The position numbers and the translations under genes are program-made. From Hormiphora californensis (lineage: Eukaryota > Animalia > Ctenophora): 6,383 nt of DNA. Every line of letters begins with the position of its first letter. The stretch's first letter is position 1. The stretch is from assembly GCA_020137815.1 (NCBI GenBank), contig WFME01000041.1:1-6383 (forward strand). Reading direction: 5' to 3'. Below the pieces are notes generated by a model. The model ran no database searches. It was given only the letters and a program-made list of their open reading frames with translations, and had not been told where the DNA came from. Below, in pieces: positions 1-6,383 of this stretch.

Positions 1-512
1 CAGTTCGTAGAAACTTCACAGGGACAAGGGCCGACATTATTACATATTCACTCGGAAAGGCCATTGAATTGCGGAGGATGTGCTAAGGTCAGTTCACTGA
101 GTGAGGCGACCACCATACAACTCGAGTTGAACGAACTATCTAGGCTCTCTAATGAATCTATTTATAAGGTTAGTGCAGTTTCGGAGGCAGCAGGTTGCTA
201 ACACCATCATATTTCATGTATATAGAAGGGTTCAATAGATCAGTGTATCAGTTTTAGAAAACAGCTTGTGAACAGGGTCGAACAATATGTAATAACAAGG
301 CAGAATGTAACATTGGATCATTGAATCATTTCATTTTGGGCAAGTGAGGGGGGAAGTGTGCGTCAATTTGGTTCATTTCCTCATTTTAAGGGAAACGTTG
401 TGCACACATCACAGCCTGCCCACAGGGGTAATTTGAAATTAGTAATTTACTCATTCACTAATTTCGTTACCAATTATAGTACCACATGTTATTATGGTAA
501 TAGCAGTGGTAT

Positions 513-714
<202 letters not shown>

Positions 715-752
<38 letters not shown>
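715..752. repeat. (CT)n microsatellite, 19 units
   Basis: Perfect CT run 715-752. Confidence 0.98.
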
Positions 753-753
<1 letters not shown>

Positions 754-762
754 ATTGAATCA

Positions 763-909
763 GCACCGGTGTTTCGCGTGTCTCAATGTTAAACCAACAT
801 CAGCTAAGTGTGAAAAAATGCACCTGTTGGACTTGAGAATCCATTGGGAAGAAGAAGAATTGAATTCTTGCTCAGATCTCTTTATCCAGAAGAAGAGAGC
901 TTCTTCCAA
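763..909 (-). pseudogene. Possible decayed transposase fragment (CENP-B/Tc5-type HTH of pogo/Tigger); alternatively a BEL/Pao pol fragment
   Basis: Translation LEEALFFWIKRSEQEFNSSSSQWILKSNRCIFSHLADVGLTLRHAKHR matches by eye the spacing of the Tc5 HTH pattern LExALxxW-x15-I-x6-(L/I)(Y/F)xxL...A(S)xGWxxRFKxRH, but the second Trp and the Phe are not conserved. No search run. Confidence 0.3.
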
Positions 910-1108
910 ATAGATTCTTCTAGTAGAAACTTTATTATTATTATGGTCTTTATGGTATTTTATTAGGTACGTGAAATTGGAGTGCAGCAGCTGTGGTACG
1001 TCATTATATTGAAACAATGCCATGCAGCCCCGGGGGATCCTGGTGAGAAAGTTAAAAGATCCCGGGGGATCTCCCAATTCTAACTAGCCCACTCTTTCTC
1101 TCCCAATA

Positions 1109-1136
1109 CCCACAACTTCCCACAACTTCCCACAAC
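1109..1136. repeat. 10-bp tandem repeat (CCCACAACTT)x~2.8
   Basis: Two full copies and a partial third copy read directly. Confidence 0.9.
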
Positions 1137-1263
1137 AACCTTTATCACACTTTACGGCTTCAACTTTCAAGTTGTGTTTACTCACTATACGGACATTGCA
1201 CACAGTGTGCGTTCTGTGTGTGTGAAACCTTCAAAGTAGTATACTAGGGCGGGTACGAAATAT

Positions 1264-1332
1264 ACACACAGTATAATACAGTACAACACACCGTATAACA
1301 CACAGTATAATGCAACACACCGTATAACACAC
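1264..1332. repeat. Degenerate minisatellite built from ACACAC(C/A)GTATA-like units
   Basis: CAACACACCGTATAACACAC is exact at 1284-1303 and 1313-1332; ACACACAGTATAAT is exact at 1264-1277 and 1298-1311. Confidence 0.85.
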
Positions 1333-1400
1333 CTCTCCCTGTCAACACTATATACCATTGCCATACCACCACTACCTAGCATGTCTGCAGTAAGAGCATT

Positions 1401-2905
1401 AGCACTGGGTGGCACTGGGTGGCACTGGGTGGGACTGGGTGGCACTGGGTGGCACTGGGTAGCACTGGGTGGCACTGGGTGGCACTGGGTGGCACTGGGT
1501 GGCACTGGGTGGCACTGGGTGGCACTGGGTAGCACTGGGTGGCACTGGGTGGCACTAGGTGGCACTGGGTAGCACTGGGTGGCACTGGGTGGCACTAGGT
1601 AGCACTGGGTGGCACTGGGTGGCACTAGGTGGCACTGGGTAGCACTGGGTGGCACTGGGTGGCACTGGGTGGCACTGGGTGGCACTGGGTAGCACTGGGT
1701 AGCACTGGGTGGCACTGGGTGGCACTGGGTGGCACTGGGTAGCACTGGGTGGCACAAGGGTGGCACTGGGTAGCACTGGGTAGCACTGGGTAGCACTGGG
1801 TGACACTGGGTGGCACTGGGTGGCACTGGGTGGCACTGGGTAGCACTGGGTGGCACTGGGTAGCACTGGGTGGCACTGGGTGGCACTGGGTGGCACTGTG
1901 TGGCACTGGGTAGCACTGGGTAGCACTGGGTGGCACTGGGTGGCACTGGGTAGCACTGGGTAGCACTGGGTAGCACTGGGTAGCACTGGGTGGCACTGGG
2001 TGACACTGGGTGACACTGGGTGGCACTGGGTGGCACTGGGTAGCACTGGGTGGCACTGGGTAGCACTGGGTGGCACTGGGTGGCACTGGGTGGCACTGGG
2101 TTGCACTGGGTGGGACTGGGTGGCACTGGGTAGCACTGGGTGGCACTGGGTGGCACTAGGTGGCACTAGGTGGCACTGGGTGGCACTGGGTAGCACTGGG
2201 TAGCACTGGGTGGCACTGGGTAGCACTGGGTGGCACTGGGTGGCACTGGGTGGCATTGGGTAGCACTGGGTGGCACAAGGGTAGCACTGGGTGGCACAAG
2301 GGTAGCACTGGGTAGCACTGGGTGGCACTAGGTGGCACTGGGTGACACAAGGGTGGCACTAGGTAGCACTGGGTGGCACTGGGTGGCACTGGGTGGCACT
2401 GGGTGGCACTGGGTGGCACTGGGTAGCACTGGGTGGCACTGGGTGGCACTGGGTGGCACTGGGTGGCACTGGGTATCACTGGGTGGCACTGGGTAGCACT
2501 GGGTGGCACTGGGTGGCACTGGGTGGCACTGGGTGGCACTGGGTGGCACTGGGTGGCACTGGGTGGCACTGGGTGACACAAGGGTGGCACTAGGTAGCAC
2601 TGGGTGGCACTGGGTGGCACTGGGTGGCACTGGGTGGCACTGGGTGGCACTGGGTGGCACTAGGTGGCACTGGGTGGCACTGGGTGGCACTGGGTGGCAC
2701 TGGGTGGCACTGGGTAGCACTGGGTGGCACTGGGTAGCACTAGGTGGCACTGGGTGGCACTGGGTGGCACTAGGTGGCACTGGGTGGCACTGGGTGGCAC
2801 TGGGTGGCACTGGGTGGCACTGGGTGGCACTGGGTAGCACTGGGTAGCACTGGGTAGCACTGGGTGGCACTGGGTGGCACTGGGTGGCACTGGGTGGCAC
2901 AAGGG
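1401..2905. repeat. 10-bp minisatellite (GGCACTGGGT)n, about 150 units
   Basis: Continuous array with variants AGCACTGGGT, GGCACTAGGT, GACACTGGGT and 11-nt G(G/A)CACAAGGGT units that shift the phase. Confidence 0.99.
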
Positions 2906-3049
2906 ACAGTTTATTATATTATTTAGATGCGATAAAGACGCTCATACAAGTTGTAGATAGTGATACCATGGTAATTCAATATTAGCCATGTTTTGAACTG
3001 GAAAGTGTTTACCATTTTGACCAGGTGTGCTGGTGGCTTATAGTATAAC

Positions 3050-3095
3050 GGGGCTGAAACAATAGCACGGTCCAGTGCCCTATTGTCTCAGCCTC
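3050..3095. other. Inverted repeat/hairpin (~46 nt)
   Basis: GGCTGAAACAATAG (3052-3065) pairs with CTATTGTCTCAGCC (3080-3093) at 13/14; inner CAC/GTG closes a GGTCCA loop. Confidence 0.8.
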
Positions 3096-3155
3096 CAGAG
3101 CTCAGAGATTGACCTCCCAACGTGAAGTAGTCTTGTTTAGTACGTAGCACGTGTG

Positions 3156-3169
3156 AAGTCACGTGACTT
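3156..3169. promoter_or_regulatory. Perfect 14-bp palindrome AAGTCACGTGACTT containing extended E-box GTCACGTGAC (USF/MiT-TFE type)
   Basis: Motif seen directly, with a second CACGTG at 3148-3153. Function is inferred only from motif identity. Confidence 0.45.
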
Positions 3170-3610
3170 GCGAATTTATGAGTATTTAAACCGCCAGTTC
3201 TATTTCATTACTCGCCAAGTTGGGTTGAGACGAGTTACCGAAAACAAGTTTGTTCTTTCTGTCTCCCTCTGTCTCCCTACGACGACCGGCGGTACATATT
3301 CTGCACGCGGAATGCACAAGAACTGGTCAGAGCATTGGCCCGCGAAAGATATCATGTTCAATCGATGGGCTCATACCATATAACCGGTAGAAGTATGGGA
3401 CTGCGTCCAAACAAAGGTCCATCAACTGATGACTGAAATGTGAATGAACAAGCTGGAATCAGTAAAAGAAGGGAAAGCTAAATGTTGAGAAAGGACATGA
3501 TATTAATTTATTATTAATTTATTATAGGGTAAACTGGGGCAAAACCGGTCCAAAAAACACGTTTTAGGTTCTAAAACCGTACATTATGAAGCAGGAAGAA
3601 AAATATATAG

Positions 3611-3823
3611 GGTAGCGACTAGCTATTTGAAATGGCGGCTAATTTGAAACACCCCTCTATAACAGGCCAGCAGGTGCACCAGATTCGGATTTTAAGACAT
3701 CAGTGGACTTGGAATGAGTTCTGACTAGCCCACTGATGTCTTAAAATCCAAATCTGGTGCACCTGCTGGCCTGTAGAGGGGGTGTTTCAAATTAGCCGCC
3801 ATTTCAAATTGCCATTCGCTACC
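3611..3823. mobile_element. Palindromic MITE/fold-back-like element (213 bp, ~95-bp arms, 23-nt spacer)
   Basis: 3611-3706 is the reverse complement of 3730-3823 apart from 4 substitutions and 2 small indels. Termini GGTAGCGA...TCGCTACC, flanked by AG on both sides. The inverted repeat is certain; the MITE label is inference. Confidence 0.8.
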
Positions 3824-3893
3824 AGCAATTTCTGTTCTGTATGGGACCACTTTGCCCCAGTGCATTCCGATGTAACGTGGGTTGTGGTCTTAC

Positions 3894-4003
3894 GTGGTAT
3901 TGCAGGCTCGATTTCATTGGTTCTAGAGGTGGACCACTTTGCCCCAGGGTGGTATTGCAGTCTCGATTTCATTGGTTCTAGAGATGGACCACTTTGCCCC
4001 AGG
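3894..4003. repeat. 55-bp tandem duplication (2 copies, 2 mismatches)
   Basis: GTGGTATTGCAG(G/T)CTCGATTTCATTGGTTCTAGAG(G/A)TGGACCACTTTGCCCCAGG at 3894-3948 and 3949-4003. Confidence 0.95.
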
Positions 4004-4199
4004 GTGAGCCACTTTGCTATTATAGTCGCCACCTCACCCCACATGGAGGGATGGTAATGGTTATGGGATGTGTGTAGTGGAGGCTCTTGCGGTGTTTTCC
4101 GTGGGGGCTTCTGCTTGTGTCGTTGCTGGTAACTTCCACCTCTCACATAACAAGTCCGATTCAGTCCACCTCCGCGTGGTCCATCCTGGTAACGTCAAT

Positions 4200-4550
4200 C
4201 TGTTAAGGGAGAGAGAGAGTGAGTGAGCGAGTTAGAGAGAGTTCTGAGAGAGTGACGGCTAAATGACTACGGACGTCCAGACAACTTCTGGATTCTGACT
4301 CACGTCAACCCCGCTATATACAGCAACCCCTGAGGGCTCTGCCCGTCGACCCGGCTGCTGTCGCCTGCAAAACAGCTCTCTTGCCCATGGCTGTCTTTAT
4401 GACAGGGCAGAGATAAACCCAGTAATAACCAAGTAGGGGCTGGTCGCCCCTGGGGAACCCCTGCCCAAATTTGCACCTAAAAACCTCTGCCTATTTAACC
4501 CCCACACCCTATTTGTTCCAAAAAACAGATCTAGACACAAAATAACTTAC
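4200..4550 (-). other. Putative U2-type spliceosomal intron (351 nt)
   Basis: Minus strand shows donor GG|GTAAGT at 4550-4545, branch-point-like CTAAC at 4235-4231, a pyrimidine tract at ~4225-4205 and acceptor CAG at 4202-4200. Confidence 0.4.
4296..4322. promoter_or_regulatory. Overlapping AP-1 (TGACTCA) and CRE-like (CACGTCA) sites next to a TATA-like TATATA
   Basis: TGACTCA 4296-4302, CACGTCA 4301-4307, TATATA 4315-4320. Motif match only. Confidence 0.3.
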
Positions 4551-4902
4551 CCTACCACTACTTCAAACGTAACGCGCGAAAACGCCATGGTGAACAAAGT
4601 CCGACCCAGGCCGAACAAACTGTGCACACAGTTCCAAGCCCAAGTTCTAGACTCCTCAGACACACCCTACCCCCCCCCCCTAATCCCAAGCTCCGCACAT
4701 GCGTGATCTCCACACCTACAACAAATCACCGAGCCTCAGACACGCACACCCCAAAACAAGGCAAGTGACAAACCTACAAATCTGAAAGACCCTTTAGTAG
4801 TCAGGGAAAAGCCCATTACAGTTTGGGACACTTAAACAATGGTACCCTTATTCAAATAGCAGACACGCTTACACTGAGACCCCTCGCATTAATTACGCGA
4901 AG

Positions 4903-5375
4903 CCTTGAGTGAACTGATACTGGTCAAATGCACTCAGGGACAACCATAGACGTTGTTTTACAGCAACTAATCTATAACCTGGCCACCCGGCGATGGCAAC
5001 ATCGCCTGACCGGACCCTTGGGTCGTACTTGTGAATACATTACTAGCTAGCTTAGACTACAAGACCCTTGGTGTAAAGATAAGCATTTAATCCCTTGATA
5101 GGTAATCAATGATATCCGGCAAATCACCTACTTCCACAGTTGTCGTGACAGTGGTAACCAAAGACCAACCAATTGGACGGTAAGTCCCATCACATGTCTG
5201 CGGGGAAAGATTTCTCCGTGCCAAATCCGACACAGACTCGCATGCTCCTTTTGCGGTACCATAAAGAGACTGCTGGGAAACCAGTGGAATCTAAGTGGAA
5301 TCATACCGACAGTGACCCTGCGTGTGGGGGTCATCTGGCAAGGAGTGAGGTCAGTAACCCTGAGGGTTAACTCAC
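4903..5375 (+). other. Block of consecutive stem-loops; candidate structured RNA or structured UTR of unknown class
   Basis: At least nine hairpins found by eye, two with GNRA tetraloops (4989-5006, 5270-5287) and several with G-U pairs on the plus strand. No known family recognised. Confidence 0.3.
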
Positions 5376-5901
5376 AGGGGTGGAAAGACGGGAGGGTATG
5401 AATACAACCAATGGGTAATGCACAAACAATGCGGTGTCCGTTTGTGGGAGATTACTTAAAAAAAAACACTTAAAAAGTATACATGAAAATGGATTAAAAC
5501 AGGGTTGGAAGATTTTTTGGGTTTTAAGCGGGGGGTCACATAACAACCCGGTAAGAGAGGTATGAACACCCCCCAACACAAAAATGTAAAAGAGAAAAGG
5601 GTTTCTGAAGTATAATGACAATTTCTTTTATCATGAAATGTATTACATTAGTTTATTTTAAGGGTTTTCTCCCTCTCTCACTAGGAAAAAAATAAAGAAT
5701 ATAAGAAACATTTAAAAAGATAAGTAGCAGTGTCCAAAAGCAACCCTCACAATAGTTTATTCAGGTATGCCTTTTTGTTTTAATAAGTTTTTAACAGGGG
5801 AAGGGGGGAAAAGGGCCAAACACCCAAACCCCATCCTGCCCGCTAAAGCTACCCGAATTTGGGACTTTTTAACGAAAGGAAAAAACAAAGGGGTTGAAAC
5901 G

Positions 5902-6046
5902 TTTAACAGTGGGTTAACCGGGAAAAAATGATTTAAAACTGGGTTTAACCGGGGTAAAATTTAAAACGGGTTTAACAGTGTAACTTTAACACGTGGGGTT
6001 TTTTAACACGTGGATAACATTAACCGTGGTGTTAACACGTGGATAA
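5902..6046. repeat. Degenerate minisatellite with TTAACACGTGG core
   Basis: TTAACACGTGG is exact three times between 5986 and 6042, with corrupted versions (TTAACAGTGG, TTAACCGGG, TTAACCGTGG) around them. Confidence 0.75.
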
Positions 6047-6383
6047 TGTAGAAAATTTCGGTGATTTATACTACAGTAAAAACGTCGCGTCGGAAGTTTC
6101 ATTTACCCCCTCGGTGGTGGATACCGAAGCTTACCAAACGGTAAATGCAAAATTACCCCATTTCGCGTCGCTATTTTTCCGCGGTTTTTCCGACCCGGGA
6201 AATCAAATTTTTTCTCACCAAACTGAATTTTTTTTTTTTTTGCCTTGGTTAAAGTTAGTAGAAAGGGGTGGCCCCGGAACCCAAATTTTTCATCAAAAAA
6301 TGCGCCATTTTTTTTGGGGTGGGTTTTCTTTTTGGGAAAAAAAACCAAAAAAGGTTTTGGGGAAACCTTTCCTTTTTTTTTAA

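Larger units (their letters stand above)
3527..4017. mobile_element. Putative non-autonomous TIR DNA-transposon remnant with subterminal repeats, right end apparently truncated
   Basis: Left end TA|GGGTAAACTGGGGCAAAACCGGTCCA (3525-3552). The inverted motif GGACCACTTTGCCCCAG occurs at 3844-3860, 3931-3947 and 3986-4002, with a partial CCACTTTGC at 4009-4017. No matching complete right terminus or TSD seen. Confidence 0.5.

Noticed and set aside
94-129. Short palindromes TCACTGAGTGA and CAACTCGAGTTG (similar isolated ones at 889-906 and 2964-2973)
   Set aside because: A few short palindromes are expected by chance in 6 kb and have no supporting context.
1023-1040. Resemblance to the pBluescript polylinker (CTGCAGCCCGGGGGATCC) suggesting vector contamination
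   Set aside because: It has an extra C, the flanks do not continue into polylinker sequence, and the core recurs 32 bp downstream.
1083-1093. ACTAGCCCACT shared with 3724-3734
   Set aside because: A single 11-bp match in 6.4 kb is within chance expectation and does not bound a coherent element.
1185-2902. Long ORFs with CHPVPPSATQ or WHWVALGGTG repeats as a repetitive or metal-binding protein
   Set aside because: The 10-bp unit gives the same peptide in all three frames, 11-nt variants shift frame freely, variants introduce stops, and there is no unique flanking domain.
1401-2905. CRISPR array or telomeric repeat
   Set aside because: No unique spacers, the unit is not TTAGG/TTAGGG-like, and the array is internal with unique flanks.
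3426-3438. Hammerhead ribozyme core CTGATGA..GAAA
   Set aside because: Only 2 nt lie between the boxes (no stem II), and no stem III with a UH cleavage site or stem I can be formed.
3153-4146. ORFs 3153-3383, 3782-4057 and 3787-4146
   Set aside because: Non-ATG starts in a eukaryotic context, no recognisable domains, and two overlap the palindrome or the 55-bp duplication.
4630-4659. Minus-strand CTGAGGA hammerhead core
   Set aside because: No GAAA box with closing stems follows.
5051-5275. Group I intron P/Q/R/S-like or RNase MRP-like words (TAGACTAC, TGCGGGGAAA, AATCCG, AGAGACTG, GGTAAGTCCC)
   Set aside because: I could not assemble P3/P7 or P4 pairings in the correct order, so no family is assigned.
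6100-6147. Hairpin CATTTACC...GGTAAATG with inner TCGGT/ACCGA
   Set aside because: Large asymmetric loop and located in unreliable sequence.
5128-6383. Short ORFs in the last 1.2 kb
   Set aside because: No recognisable motifs; those beyond 5370 are dominated by homopolymer codons (F, K, G, P) in probably error-rich sequence.

Overview
Repeat-rich eukaryotic DNA. The long (CT)n tracts, minisatellites and spliceosomal-type signals are compatible with an invertebrate such as an arthropod, but that is inference only. No intact, recognisable protein-coding gene is supported, and most ORFs in the track are translations of tandem repeats. From left to right: a short open frame at the edge with a weak C2H2-linker-like motif; an interrupted (CT)n microsatellite (515-752); a possibly decayed CENP-B/Tc5-type (pogo/Tigger) HTH fragment on the minus strand (~763-909); a 1.5-kb array of a 10-bp G-rich unit (1401-2905); a hairpin and a cluster of ACGT/E-box palindromes (3050-3190); a ~213-bp fold-back/MITE-like palindrome (3611-3823) apparently nested in an older TIR-type element with subterminal repeats (~3527-4017); a well-formed minus-strand intron (4550->4200) that would join a 58-aa ORF; an unexplained ~480-nt block of consecutive hairpins with GNRA loops and plus-strand G-U pairs (4903-5375); and a final ~1 kb that looks like error-rich long-read sequence. 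The hairpin block, the nested palindromic element and the spliced small ORF most merit follow-up. None is demonstrated to be a new system from sequence alone.
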